Shown here: positions 45,998 through 55,940 of the stretch, piece by piece | Numbering within the stretch: the stretch's first letter is position 1 | Layout: every line of letters begins with the position of its first letter | Virus record (IMG/VR): IMGVR_UViG_3300042396_000723 | Coordinates: 32,185-96,184 of that record | Reading direction: 5' to 3' (one strand) | From: a virus | DNA length: 64,000 nucleotides | Program-made: the position numbers and the translations under genes | The notes under the pieces: model-generated | The model's input: only the letters and a program-made list of their open reading frames with translations | Told to the model about the DNA's origin: nothing | Database searches by the model: none

Positions 45998-48900
45998 ATG
46001 GTCACAACCTTAAACCGTCAAAATCCCCGTCGCCTTGATGCTGCTCCTACGGAAGTGCAGATGAAACTTGGTATTTCTCAAGTTTTGTCGATGCCATTTG
46101 CCTACAACTCTCCGGTTATCGTTCTGGATTTTGAAGTAGGCAATAAAAACATCATCAAGGGACGGTTTAAGGATGCCATTAGATCCCGTGTTTTTGAGTT
46201 TGAGATTGGGGATTCTATCACGTTCAAGCCGTTCACCTGGAGGCGAACGGATAGCGACGTTGACCCGATGGCATGGGAAGACTTCTCTAAAGGGTATTGC
46301 TACCGATTCGATGCAGTCAAGACCGTCAGAAAGGAAAAACCTAAGTGTGGCAATACTTCTTATAACTGCGGTAAAGCCTGCATTGGCTTAAACAAGAATT
46401 GCAAATCAGATCCCCCCGATAAACCGTCCCAGGAGAAAGTTGATAAACTCAGAGCCGCGGCAGGGGAGTTTAAAGCTGTTCAGGGCGATCCAACCAAGAA
46501 GCAAGAGGATAATAAGTTAACGCCAAAACCACAGGAAGTTAAGGAAGTCGCGCCCACCCCCTCTCCCGATAAAGCAGAAGTCCCTGTCACCGACCTTGCT
46601 AAACAGCCACCTGTTGCCTTAAAAATTGGTAAAAAATCAGTCAACCTAAAAGACGACCTTGATTCCTACAAAGATTTAAGAATAACCGCCGATCCCGTTT
46701 TAGGTTGGCAAGTTATCAATAAGAATGGGAACGTACTGAGAGAACCGCCCAAGGGCAACACGGCTCCAAGTCATAGATTCAAGAAAAGAGAGCAGGCTGA
46801 AAAGTTTGCTAACGATGTGATGACACGGGTTGAGAAGTTGCAGAAGGCTCAACCAAAACCGGATGCTGATGTAAGTGACTCTGATAAAAGGTCATTTGAA
46901 AGTCTTTACACCACAAAATTATCATCCGCCCAACAGTTGCTTAACTTAGAAAAAAACGCAAAAATAGCGCGAATATCTCCCAGTGAAGATCAAAAAAATT
47001 ATGACAAAAAACAACCCGACCTCAATATTGATTCGGGGCCAGGAATAATGGAAGGTTGGAGGACTGCGAAACCAGACGGATCTGTCCAGGGAATCCCTTG
47101 GTCTGTCAAGGCGGAGGGTCAAGAAAAGTCACGGGCTATCGTGGGTGCTAGATTAACGGATCATCCAGCCAGCCCTAATTTAAAAAGACTCAGGTTATAC
47201 GACGCAGACGGACGTAATGAGACAATTGACTTCAAAAAGGGTGATAGAAACGCATCTCTTAGGGCTAGAAGACTTGTTAGAGAAATCGCACAAGGAAAGT
47301 CTCAAGAGATGGAATCTGGCGACATAAAAGCGTTGATTGAGGGAGGTAAAGAGGGTTTAGCTAAAAGAAAAGTGGAAAAGGCAAGATTAGCTGCTGAAGA
47401 CAAGCAATTTAAAGCAGCCTTAGATGATTATTTAAAATCAAAAAACCTAACAAGAGAAAGCATTAAAGGTTTGACCGATATCGGAATGGACGATCTTATC
47501 GAAAAAGTTGAGAAATACCAGAAATCACGATCTCAAACCCCCAATTCAGCAGGGGATAAGGGTGCGGGGGGTAAAACGTTTGACCTAAATGATTTATGGC
47601 GACAAACCGCCGACGCTGCTTATTCTAAAAACAAAGATGGTGTCTCAAAAAATCTTGAGCAATGGAAGGAAGTTGTAAAAAAATTAGAGTCAGGAGAAGG
47701 GATCTCTAAAGACGTTAACTTAAACGAATACGAAAAGTTAATGGATAATTTAGAAAAAAAATTAGTCCTCGATCCCAAAGATCCGTCTAATGTTGAATTT
47801 AAAAAGATTACGGGATCTATTTCTAAGATTCTTAGTAAAGCAGGCAGTCTCAACCCGTTAACACAAGAAGACCTAGAAAAAGCTCACCCTAACTTTAGAC
47901 CAATCATGCAACGAATTAATAAAACCGTTGCTAAGGATTATGAATTATTTGACAAAAAAGAGCGAGTTCAAAAAGAGTTAAATAGCCTAAAACAAGAAAA
48001 ATCTTATAACGAGGCTGTGATATTAAATAATTCAAAACGATTCCGAGAAATAGGTATTAATAATAACGAGGTAGAAATTCAAAGACTTTCCAAGAAAAAA
48101 CCGAGCGATTCAGTTGAGGTTAGAAATCCTGTCTCAAATTTACCAGAAAGGACTATTTCGGCATCCAAACGGATTAAGGAACTTCAAGATGAAATTGGGG
48201 AATTGAATAATAGTGAAAAAGCTAAAATAGAAGAAGACAGGGCTAGAAAAGAAATAGCCCGATTGCAAAGCCCAATGAAGGATGCAGAGAGTAGAATAAA
48301 CGCCATTTTAGACGAGAAGAAAAAATTAAGGGAATCTCGCGGCGGATCTAGTTCACAATCAGAACCCAAGCAAACCCCAAATTCAGTAGGGGTTGATGGT
48401 GCGGGGGGTAAATCAGTTGATCAACAATATAAGGATATAATTGCTAAGTCGAAAGATCCAAAGGGAACAGAGGAAGTTTTATCGTCAGCATTAAGAGGTG
48501 GGTTTGGTGACTTTGAAAGAAAAAATTATAACGAATATTCAACCGCTATAAAATCTGGGACTGTTCCAAAAGGAATGGGGAACTATTATCAAAAACAAGT
48601 CGACAAATATAAACCCATTATTGAGGCGGAAGATTTTATTAACGAAAGGAAGAAAAAAGCAATTAGTGGAGACTATGAAACAGAACAAGAAGCTGGGGTT
48701 TATGTTCTTAATAAATTAAAGCAAAAAGGCTACAAAGAACACGAATATTATGACAGTCCAGACTATGAAAAAGATTATGGAAAATTGGTGGGGGTAATGA
48801 AATCTGTTAAACTTCCTCCGCCGTTGTCTGGTATCGTCCCCGGTAAAGAATTAAAACAGACATTAACTCCGGGTGACAAACTACTTGTTAAAGAGGATAC

Positions 48901-49282
48901 TTATTCGTTAATGAGTAGTGGAAATACCCCTACTGGCTATCGAATAGTTGATGGTGGCGAAGTTTTAAAGGTTAATGTCAAGAATGTTAAAACCCGCGTT
49001 AGAGGCGAATACATGGGGAAACCCTACGAGAACGAGCCGTCTCTCGCTCTTGATAAAGTTACCCACGTCATCCGAGATGGTAAACGTTACAAGGTAGATG
49101 ATTCTGATAGATCCCCCAATGACTTAAAGTCGGAATCCTCCAAATCCCAGAAAGCAGTAAAACAAAAGGCAGTAAAACAGAAAGCAATAAAAGTTCAAGG
49201 GGAGCGATCGCAAAAACAAGAATCCCCTCTAATTCCGAAAGAGGAAATAGTTAAAGATGCTCCAATACTGATGTTAAGGTAA
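45998..49282 (+). CDS. modular family member B: N-domain, 4-Cys linker, long Lys/Glu-rich helical C-terminal region
   Basis: 1094 aa; N-domain and KPKCGNTSYNCGKACIGLNKNCKSDPPD shared with paralogs; C-terminal region has internal repeats (SAGDKGAGGKTFD / SVGVDGAGGKSVD; QKAVKQKAVKQKAIK). Confidence 0.5.
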   Translation: MVTTLNRQNPRRLDAAPTEVQMKLGISQVLSMPFAYNSPVIVLDFEVGNKNIIKGRFKDAIRSRVFEFEIGDSITFKPFTWRRTDSDVDPMAWEDFSKGYCYRFDAVKTVRKEKPKCGNTSYNCGKACIGLNKNCKSDPPDKPSQEKVDKLRAAAGEFKAVQGDPTKKQEDNKLTPKPQEVKEVAPTPSPDKAEVPVTDLAKQPPVALKIGKKSVNLKDDLDSYKDLRITADPVLGWQVINKNGNVLREPPKGNTAPSHRFKKREQAEKFANDVMTRVEKLQKAQPKPDADVSDSDKRSFESLYTTKLSSAQQLLNLEKNAKIARISPSEDQKNYDKKQPDLNIDSGPGIMEGWRTAKPDGSVQGIPWSVKAEGQEKSRAIVGARLTDHPASPNLKRLRLYDADGRNETIDFKKGDRNASLRARRLVREIAQGKSQEMESGDIKALIEGGKEGLAKRKVEKARLAAEDKQFKAALDDYLKSKNLTRESIKGLTDIGMDDLIEKVEKYQKSRSQTPNSAGDKGAGGKTFDLNDLWRQTADAAYSKNKDGVSKNLEQWKEVVKKLESGEGISKDVNLNEYEKLMDNLEKKLVLDPKDPSNVEFKKITGSISKILSKAGSLNPLTQEDLEKAHPNFRPIMQRINKTVAKDYELFDKKERVQKELNSLKQEKSYNEAVILNNSKRFREIGINNNEVEIQRLSKKKPSDSVEVRNPVSNLPERTISASKRIKELQDEIGELNNSEKAKIEEDRARKEIARLQSPMKDAESRINAILDEKKKLRESRGGSSSQSEPKQTPNSVGVDGAGGKSVDQQYKDIIAKSKDPKGTEEVLSSALRGGFGDFERKNYNEYSTAIKSGTVPKGMGNYYQKQVDKYKPIIEAEDFINERKKKAISGDYETEQEAGVYVLNKLKQKGYKEHEYYDSPDYEKDYGKLVGVMKSVKLPPPLSGIVPGKELKQTLTPGDKLLVKEDTYSLMSSGNTPTGYRIVDGGEVLKVNVKNVKTRVRGEYMGKPYENEPSLALDKVTHVIRDGKRYKVDDSDRSPNDLKSESSKSQKAVKQKAVKQKAIKVQGERSQKQESPLIPKEEIVKDAPILMLR

Positions 49283-49457
49283 CAGATAGAGATGGAATTA
49301 TTCTTGTGGAAGCCGAAGAAGTATAGAAAATTAACAATAAATTAGTGGTTTTGCTTCTGTTTTGCCCAAAATAAAACTGTTATAATTAATAATAACAAAC
49401 GCCTCTCGCGGTGCGCTAACACCCAGAGGCAGTAGATCCTATCCAAGAGGAACCACA

Positions 49458-50186
49458 ATGACTAATTTATCATTATTACCTGACGATATTCGTTCTGAAT
49501 TTTCCGTTAACGATCAAGGTCAGGCTTTTGCGAGTAGACGGGCGATCGCACGGTTGGCAGGCGTTTCTCATGTGTCCATCGGGAATCTATTGGATAAAAT
49601 CGCTGTTAACCTAGACCTCCCCGAAAGCATTGAAATCCTTGGAGGGCAGGACTTTGAGGGTGTTAACCTGATCCCTGATACCGTTGCCTCCCGGATTATT
49701 GAGTATTACGCTTTTGATGCTAAACGTTATTGCACAGAACAAGCCAAGCGAGTTTATAAAGCATTCGGGGCTATCGGGTTTCGGTCGTGGGTACAAACTG
49801 AATTAGGTTGGCAATATTCACAACCTAAGTTACCTCAGACTTATGCTGAGGCATTACTGGAGGCGGGACGGTTAGCGTTAGAAGTGGAGAAGTTGGAAGC
49901 CGAGAAAACATTGCTTGAGCAAGAGAATGGCGAACTCTCCAAAAATTTAGATGAGTTATTTGATTATTCCTCTATTGTTCGGATTGCCAAGTTTAACCAA
50001 ATCTCAGAGAAAATCTTTAACTGGCGGTTACTCAAGGCATTGAGTCTTAAAATGGGGTTAGAAATTAAAAAAGTCCCGTGTCCCAGGTTTGAGACAAAAA
50101 GCCTATATTCTCACGATGTCTGGCGTGTTGCTTATCCTGAAATGAAGCTACCAGAAACGACAACGCTAGTTATTAACAGAGGATAA
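49458..50186 (+). CDS. antirepressor-like protein, paralogous in its C-domain to the Rha-family gene at 26576-27265
   Basis: C-terminus PQTYAEALLEAGRLALEVEKLEAEK...YSHDVWRVAYPEMKLPETTTL is near-identical in pattern to 26576-27265; the N-terminal domain is different. Confidence 0.5.
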   Translation: MTNLSLLPDDIRSEFSVNDQGQAFASRRAIARLAGVSHVSIGNLLDKIAVNLDLPESIEILGGQDFEGVNLIPDTVASRIIEYYAFDAKRYCTEQAKRVYKAFGAIGFRSWVQTELGWQYSQPKLPQTYAEALLEAGRLALEVEKLEAEKTLLEQENGELSKNLDELFDYSSIVRIAKFNQISEKIFNWRLLKALSLKMGLEIKKVPCPRFETKSLYSHDVWRVAYPEMKLPETTTLVINRG

Positions 50187-50262
50187 CCAAAACAGTAGGA
50201 GGGATGCGTTAAAACATCCTTTCTCTGTACTAAGATCGGGGTATATCCTACTTTTTAACCCC

Positions 50263-50682
50263 ATGCTATCCCTAAGATTTAACGCCAATCAAGTCCGAAA
50301 TTATCTAAATAAATTAATTAAAAAGTTTCAGAATCTTAACCCCGAACTGCATAAAGTTGGGCAGTTTATGGTGGCATCAACCGATGAGAACTTCCAAAAG
50401 GAACAGAGTCCTTATGGGGAGAAATGGGAACACTTAGCACCATCAACCCTCAAATACAAGGCAAGTCGGGGTTTTATTATGCAAATATTACAACGCCAAG
50501 GATTGTTGCGATCTTCTATTCGGTATCGGATTGAAAAAGGAAGGGTTGAGGTAGGGAGTCCATTGCCCTATGCCTCCTATTTACAAGAAGGCACTAAGAA
50601 AATGCCTAAACGTCAATTTTTAGGAGTAAGTCAACGCGATCGCAGGGAGATTATCGCTATTCTAAAGGATTCTCTTCGTTGA
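50263..50682 (+). CDS. virion morphogenesis protein candidate (Mu G-like)
   Basis: 139 aa; C-terminal LPYASYLQEGTKKMPKRQFLG resembles the Mu gpG-type signature; located in the head module. Confidence 0.4.
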   Translation: MLSLRFNANQVRNYLNKLIKKFQNLNPELHKVGQFMVASTDENFQKEQSPYGEKWEHLAPSTLKYKASRGFIMQILQRQGLLRSSIRYRIEKGRVEVGSPLPYASYLQEGTKKMPKRQFLGVSQRDRREIIAILKDSLR

Positions 50683-51031
50683 TCTCGACGAGTTTATCAA
50701 TAAGACCTGGGTTGATTTCTTGAGGGATTTCTTGCTCAATAATCTTTAAAGTTTCCTTAGTCCAAGCAAGGATCAATCGTTCTGCCTCCGATTGATCCTC
50801 AGAAATTAACGAAGCGATAATCAATAGTTCTACGAAATCCGTCCGTCGCTCCCCCATTAAAATCCGTCGAATTGTCTGCCAATCCCATCCACTTTTTTCA
50901 CTAAATTCCATCATCCCAAAATTTGCATTTATAAGATCCCGTCGAATTGACCGACCAAGAGCGCGATAGGGAGCCAACGCACCAGATCCTAGTGTCTTCT
51001 TAGAAGGATACTCTCTTTTGATAGTAGTCAT
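50657..51031 (-). CDS. HTH-containing small protein, antisense insert in the head module
   Basis: 124 aa minus-strand ORF converging on the previous gene; segment FSEKSGWDWQTIRRILMGERRTD resembles an HTH. Confidence 0.35.
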   Translation of the reverse strand: MTTIKREYPSKKTLGSGALAPYRALGRSIRRDLINANFGMMEFSEKSGWDWQTIRRILMGERRTDFVELLIIASLISEDQSEAERLILAWTKETLKIIEQEIPQEINPGLIDKLVEINEENPLE

Positions 51032-51065
51032 TATTTATATCTAAATCATTGGTTTAATTTTAGTC

Positions 51066-51090
51066 GATTTTCTTATATAGAAATTATTTT
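51066..51090 (+). promoter_or_regulatory. conserved 25-bp element GATTTTCTTATATAGAAATTATTTT, copy 2
   Basis: Exact repeat of 44048-44072; lies 71 bp upstream of the ATG at 51161. Confidence 0.4.
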
Positions 51091-51160
51091 TTTACACCAT
51101 CTTTAAATGACTGATAAGGTGCGTTATTCTTTAACAAGAATTATTTTTTTGTATTGAGAA

Positions 51161-52675
51161 ATGGTTGAAATCAGGCTTGATGCTCCAGCTAAATTTAGGG
51201 TAATCAGAACTGATGATGGTCGCCTCCATTGTGAGGGGTCTTTTTGTCGTGATGGGGTGTTGGAATATCGTCAGCCTGATGGCTCCATAGTCCACGAACT
51301 CAGGAGACCGGAAACCAATGCAGAACTAGCCACAGTGGAGAGTTTTAAGCTCCTCCCCCTGGTAATTGAACATCCCCATGTTGGGCTTCTTAATAGCGAA
51401 AGTTATAAGGATTACGCAGTCGGGATGACTGATTCTTCTGCTTATTACAACAAGGCTGAAGGGGTGATCGAAGGCTTGGTGTCGTTTTTTGATGCTAAAG
51501 CGATCGCCCTAATTGATTCAAGGGAAAAGGAACAGTTGTCTGCGGGATATACCTGCGATATCAAACAAGGGGCAGGGGTATGGAATGGTCAACACTACGA
51601 CAGAGAACAGATTAATGTTCGTGCTAACCATTTGGCTTTAACGAGCCGAGGAAGGGCAGGAGAAGATGCCCGTCTCCGATTAGATAGTGCTGCGGGGATT
51701 GGGCAAGCTGTTGCAGGGCAAGCTGTTGAAAACCCTAGTAACCCCAACAAAACCAAAGATAATGGAGATAATGAACAGCGCATGGCAATAATTAGATGCG
51801 ATGGAGTCGAATATTCAGGAATCCCTGAAGTTTTCGCTTCTATTAGTGGTACTCGATTCCGTGAATTAAAAGAATTAAAGGAACGCCACGATTCGCTTGT
51901 TACACGGTTTGACGCTACGATTCGGGAGAATCGGAAGCTAGAAGCCGCACAAGAGAACTACCAGTTTCGGTTGGATAACCTGGAAATCATTGTGGACAAT
52001 GCTGACAATGTCCTTGGTGAATTAGGTTATTACCGGAACGACATGGGGCAATACGTCCGTGTTGATGGGGGCAAAAAGAAAATGATGTCTCTTGTTCCCG
52101 AAGATGAAGAAATGATGGAAGATGAGGACAATGAAGATGAAGAAATGATGGAAGATGAGGTTATGGAAGAAAAAGAAACCATGACTTCCAGAAAGAAAAA
52201 AAAGTCCAAACCTCGTGCTGATGGCGACGATGAAGGCGAGAGTGATTACCGGGGTGATTCAATCGGGGATCTGTTGGCGATTTGGAAGGAAGCCGACAGT
52301 TTGTTACCAGGGTTCTCTGACACTCGGTTTGATAGTGGCTTCTCCACTAGCGATATCAAGCGCACTTTGTTGGCTGAAATCGAACCCAATATGGATTTGA
52401 CGTTCCGATCCGATTCTTATGTAGACGGGGTTTTTGCCTACATTCAGGAGAATTATGATTCCTCCCCCACCGATCCAGGTGACGAAGAAGAAGGGGATGA
52501 CGAGGAGGAAGACGATGGAGACTCGGAGGAGTTTTCCCATCGCCTTGATTCGGTACTCAAAAGACCTGCTCAATCTACCTACGGAGATGAACTCACCGAA
52601 TGGGAAAGACGACGGGTAGATGCCTATAAGCAGCCTTTAACGATAGGAAAAACACGCACGGGGTTTACTAGATAA
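51161..52675 (+). CDS. capsid scaffolding / head maturation protein candidate
   Basis: 504 aa; acidic low-complexity C-terminal half (MMEDEDNEDEEMMEDEVMEE, DEEEGDDEEEDDGD) typical of scaffolding proteins; lies immediately upstream of capsid-like genes. Confidence 0.4.
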   Translation: MVEIRLDAPAKFRVIRTDDGRLHCEGSFCRDGVLEYRQPDGSIVHELRRPETNAELATVESFKLLPLVIEHPHVGLLNSESYKDYAVGMTDSSAYYNKAEGVIEGLVSFFDAKAIALIDSREKEQLSAGYTCDIKQGAGVWNGQHYDREQINVRANHLALTSRGRAGEDARLRLDSAAGIGQAVAGQAVENPSNPNKTKDNGDNEQRMAIIRCDGVEYSGIPEVFASISGTRFRELKELKERHDSLVTRFDATIRENRKLEAAQENYQFRLDNLEIIVDNADNVLGELGYYRNDMGQYVRVDGGKKKMMSLVPEDEEMMEDEDNEDEEMMEDEVMEEKETMTSRKKKKSKPRADGDDEGESDYRGDSIGDLLAIWKEADSLLPGFSDTRFDSGFSTSDIKRTLLAEIEPNMDLTFRSDSYVDGVFAYIQENYDSSPTDPGDEEEGDDEEEDDGDSEEFSHRLDSVLKRPAQSTYGDELTEWERRRVDAYKQPLTIGKTRTGFTR

Positions 52676-53505
52676 TGCGGTACAATTACAATCTTCAATT
52701 TGATCGGGCGACTCCTGGCATGGGCGAGGGATCTATTAATTTTCCGAGGGTCAAAGCCCTTGTTTCTGTCAAGAATGCTGTTAAAGAGGTCTGGACTCTG
52801 GCGGTTCCTGCCTCCCCCACTTCTAGCACTACATATACCGTCAAATTAAACAACGGACTAGGTACGGCACGTTTTACAACCGACGCTAGTGCCACTCAAG
52901 CGGAACTGCAAGCTGGTTTATTGAATGCAATCCGAATAAACCCTGCTTTTGGGCGACGAGGGATTGCTGCTGTTAGTGGGAATAATGTGTTGTTTACAGC
53001 ACTGGAATATGGTATCGAAAATATCCTAACAGTTACTGGTGCTAGTTTAACAGCAACTAAAACTACGGCGATGACCATACCTCTTCCTGTCCCCTTCGGT
53101 CGGTTTGTCGCCAGAGCAAACACTGAAACCGATCCCAAAGTTGCAGGGCTTCCTACTGCTATTACTGACGTAATCCTGGGCATTACTCGAATCGTCAAAG
53201 ATATCGAAATGCAGCCTTTGATAAATCAAGGTGCAAGCTATGGTGGAACGACTTACCCATATCAAGATGTGATGGACGTGGTTGACCGGACAGGAGAATC
53301 GTCAGGGATCTGGGTTGAATGTGTCGAGACGGATATCACAATTAATGATGCCGTCTATGTCTCTATTGCTGCGGGACACGAGGGGAAAGCAACAAAGGTG
53401 ACAAGTGGCACGATTAATATCTCCACGAAGGCTGAGTTCAAGTGTTCCCCCGTAGTCACTAGCACTGGTGCGGTGTGCGTTTTGATCGGCTTCAATGTTC
53501 CCTAA
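52675..53505 (+). CDS. head structural protein candidate
   Basis: 276 aa, Thr/Ala/Gly-rich; start overlaps the scaffold-like gene stop. Confidence 0.35.
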   Translation: MRYNYNLQFDRATPGMGEGSINFPRVKALVSVKNAVKEVWTLAVPASPTSSTTYTVKLNNGLGTARFTTDASATQAELQAGLLNAIRINPAFGRRGIAAVSGNNVLFTALEYGIENILTVTGASLTATKTTAMTIPLPVPFGRFVARANTETDPKVAGLPTAITDVILGITRIVKDIEMQPLINQGASYGGTTYPYQDVMDVVDRTGESSGIWVECVETDITINDAVYVSIAAGHEGKATKVTSGTINISTKAEFKCSPVVTSTGAVCVLIGFNVP

Positions 53506-53530
53506 TTTGTATAGAAAGAATTTATAAACT

Positions 53531-54484
53531 ATGATGAACTTTTCTGGGACTACAAGGTTAGATGCTGATGAAATCGGCACGTTCTTTGGCTCTCTGATGG
53601 ATTTAGAGGCTCAGATAGATAAGGAATTTGACCTTGCGGACTATCCTTTCGCTGCTGGAGTCATTTGCCCTCTGAATATCCAAAACAAGCCCTGGGCAAA
53701 AACCTGGGGGTATCGGTGGCTCCGCCACGTTGGGCAGTTCAAGTTAATCCGAAACTACACCACAGACCTTCCCGAAGTGGAACTGGTCTATGGCGAGATG
53801 AAGATGCCGATTCATAAATGGGGACAAGGCTATAGCGTCTCTGAGGATGATATCGCGGCTGTTAGTCGGATGGGCGAGAGTATTGAAGAAGACAAAATCT
53901 GGACAATTCAAGAAGCCGCACAACAAAAAATCAATCAGTTGGTGGCAAACGGGGATTTAGAAACAGGAATGCCCGGTTTCTTGAATCATCCCCAAGCACT
54001 GCGGTCTTATGCTCCCTTCCCTTTGAACGGGTCAGCAACATCACAGCAAAAACTGAGTGTATTGAATGATTGTGTTAATGCTCCGACTCGGCTGACCAAT
54101 AACCGAGAGAAGCCGGACACATTGTTGATGGATTCGGAAACTTACGAACACCTCTCCTCGGATATTATTCAAATCGGCACATCCGCATTGGATCGTACGG
54201 TGTTAGAGCATTTCTTAAAAGTCAACCCTAATATCAAAGAAGTCGGCGTTGTGTCCGAGATGGCTCCTGACTATTTAGAGTCGATTGGTTTAGCTCCCAC
54301 CCGCTTTATTCAGGCTTTCCGTCGAGATCCCAAAAAAGTCTCTGCTAAGATTTATCAACCGTTAAAGTGGACTGATACTCGCCCCATTGGTGTTGATTCT
54401 TTCTGGCGTGGTGCCAAGTTTAAGTTTGGGGGAATTGATCTCAAACGCCCATTCTCCATGCACGTTGTAGTATTACCTGAATAA
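53531..54484 (+). CDS. major capsid protein candidate
   Basis: 317 aa ORF downstream of the scaffold-like gene, with a strong RBS context; assignment by position and size. Confidence 0.4.
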   Translation: MMNFSGTTRLDADEIGTFFGSLMDLEAQIDKEFDLADYPFAAGVICPLNIQNKPWAKTWGYRWLRHVGQFKLIRNYTTDLPEVELVYGEMKMPIHKWGQGYSVSEDDIAAVSRMGESIEEDKIWTIQEAAQQKINQLVANGDLETGMPGFLNHPQALRSYAPFPLNGSATSQQKLSVLNDCVNAPTRLTNNREKPDTLLMDSETYEHLSSDIIQIGTSALDRTVLEHFLKVNPNIKEVGVVSEMAPDYLESIGLAPTRFIQAFRRDPKKVSAKIYQPLKWTDTRPIGVDSFWRGAKFKFGGIDLKRPFSMHVVVLPE

Positions 54485-54486
54485 AA

Positions 54487-54966
54487 ATGTCTAAAACTAT
54501 CATCTTTGACCCCAAACTAAATCCTCACAATCCACGCATTCCCTATGGAATATCAGTGGAGGCTATCACTTCGCCGATTCGTTTTTCCCGTCCCATTAAT
54601 CGTGGGGGAACCAAGAAAACTTCCTTAGATGCGGTAGAAACACGGGGGAGTTGGATTCTTCCTGGGACTAATTTAGAACTTCCCGACGAGGACTATGAGT
54701 ATATTACTCGGCATCCTCTCGGATTACAACTTATTAATTGCGGAGCATTCAGAATCATCTCTCCCACACTAGAGGAAGGGAAGTTTCCCACTGAAACAAC
54801 CCTTGATTATATTGAAAAAGATGCCCTCGATCTGATTCGCAATTCTAGCGATATTGATTGGTTAGAACGATCCGAGAAAAGAGAAGGTCGTCCCGCTATT
54901 TCTAGGGCAATAGCAGAGCAAATCAAGAATATCAAGTCAGTCAATACTATGAACATCCGGGGGTAG
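54487..54966 (+). CDS. head-associated protein candidate
   Basis: 159 aa ORF following the capsid-like gene. Confidence 0.35.
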   Translation: MSKTIIFDPKLNPHNPRIPYGISVEAITSPIRFSRPINRGGTKKTSLDAVETRGSWILPGTNLELPDEDYEYITRHPLGLQLINCGAFRIISPTLEEGKFPTETTLDYIEKDALDLIRNSSDIDWLERSEKREGRPAISRAIAEQIKNIKSVNTMNIRG

Positions 54967-54969
54967 TAA

Positions 54970-55305
54970 ATGGTTCTCCCTTCCGAATTTTTAGCGGTTT
55001 ATCCTCAGTTCGCTGTGGTCGAATCTTCTGTGATTCAATACAGTTTAAACTTTGCCGAGAATAATTACTGCGCTGGTTGGGCAGATCCCAAGAGAACGGA
55101 TGGAATTATGTTGATTGCTGCCCATCGAATCAGCGTTGATTGGTTCCAACAGGCGGATATTGCCTCTAGTGTTACGGGAATCGCATCGGGGTCAGGGAGT
55201 TCCACCCCTTCTGGCTCCGAGAATGATTGGTCTTTAACGACTTACGGGAGGCAATATATCCACCTCCGCAATACTATCTTCACTCCCCCTATTTTGGTCT
55301 TATGA
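54970..55305 (+). CDS. hypothetical protein (head completion region)
   Basis: 111 aa ORF. Confidence 0.3.
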   Translation: MVLPSEFLAVYPQFAVVESSVIQYSLNFAENNYCAGWADPKRTDGIMLIAAHRISVDWFQQADIASSVTGIASGSGSSTPSGSENDWSLTTYGRQYIHLRNTIFTPPILVL

Positions 55306-55487
55306 AAGTACAGTTCCCTGATTTCTCAGTTGATAATGGTCGAGTTACTTCTGCCGGGATGGTAACTCCTGCTTCCCCAGAATTGCAAGCTATGGCAGCG
55401 ATTTATGTGGTGTTACAAGAAATTAACGAGAAGTTAGACAAATCAGACCACGCCCCGGTTTCTCATACTCCTAAAGAGAAGAAATGA
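55302..55487 (+). CDS. hypothetical small protein
   Basis: From the internal ATG at 55302, which overlaps the upstream stop (ATGA); the track ORF starts at 55227. Confidence 0.3.
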   Translation: MKVQFPDFSVDNGRVTSAGMVTPASPELQAMAAIYVVLQEINEKLDKSDHAPVSHTPKEKK

Positions 55488-55903
55488 GTCAATCTTTCGT
55501 TGAGCAAATGATAGCCCTAAGAGACCGAATCTCTCCCCTTGCGGGGGGATTTGGCAATCCCAACATTCAAAACCTCGTCGTTCGCACAAGAGTGGGCGAT
55601 GGGTACGAATATTTGGAGATTTCCCCAACTCCGGTTATCCAAAAACAATTCCCAAACAAGGAGGGGATTGAAAACCTAAGCTCAGTGGAGGGGATAACTA
55701 GATCCTATTCAGTTAAAGGGATTTCACGGCGTTATTTAGAGGTGCAATTGAAAGGGGAGGGGGTTGACTATCTAGTCGGAGCCGATACTACTTATTACCC
55801 TCCTGATGGCGTTGTTTGTAACTTAGTCTCACTAACAGAAAATGTTGTGACGTGGGACATGGAGTTAGTTGAGAAGATTAGCTCACAAGGTTTTTATTTG
55901 TGA
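55484..55903 (+). CDS. hypothetical protein
   Basis: 139 aa ORF; start overlaps the previous stop. Confidence 0.35.
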   Translation: MSQSFVEQMIALRDRISPLAGGFGNPNIQNLVVRTRVGDGYEYLEISPTPVIQKQFPNKEGIENLSSVEGITRSYSVKGISRRYLEVQLKGEGVDYLVGADTTYYPPDGVVCNLVSLTENVVTWDMELVEKISSQGFYL

Positions 55904-55940
55904 TTAACTCACAAGGTTTCTATTTATAAAAGGTAAAATC

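Noticed and set aside
47500-48430. P-loop NTPase motifs in member B repeats (DKGAGGKT / VDGAGGKS)
   Set aside because: The spacing does not fit Walker A (G-x4-G-K-[ST]) and the motif recurs as part of a low-complexity repeat; more likely a repeat unit than a nucleotide-binding site.
55876-55925. 21-bp direct repeat (CTCACAAGGTTTYTATTTRT x2) before member C
   Set aside because: Real, but short and spanning a gene stop and the next RBS; probably a local duplication of little functional weight, so not raised as a finding.
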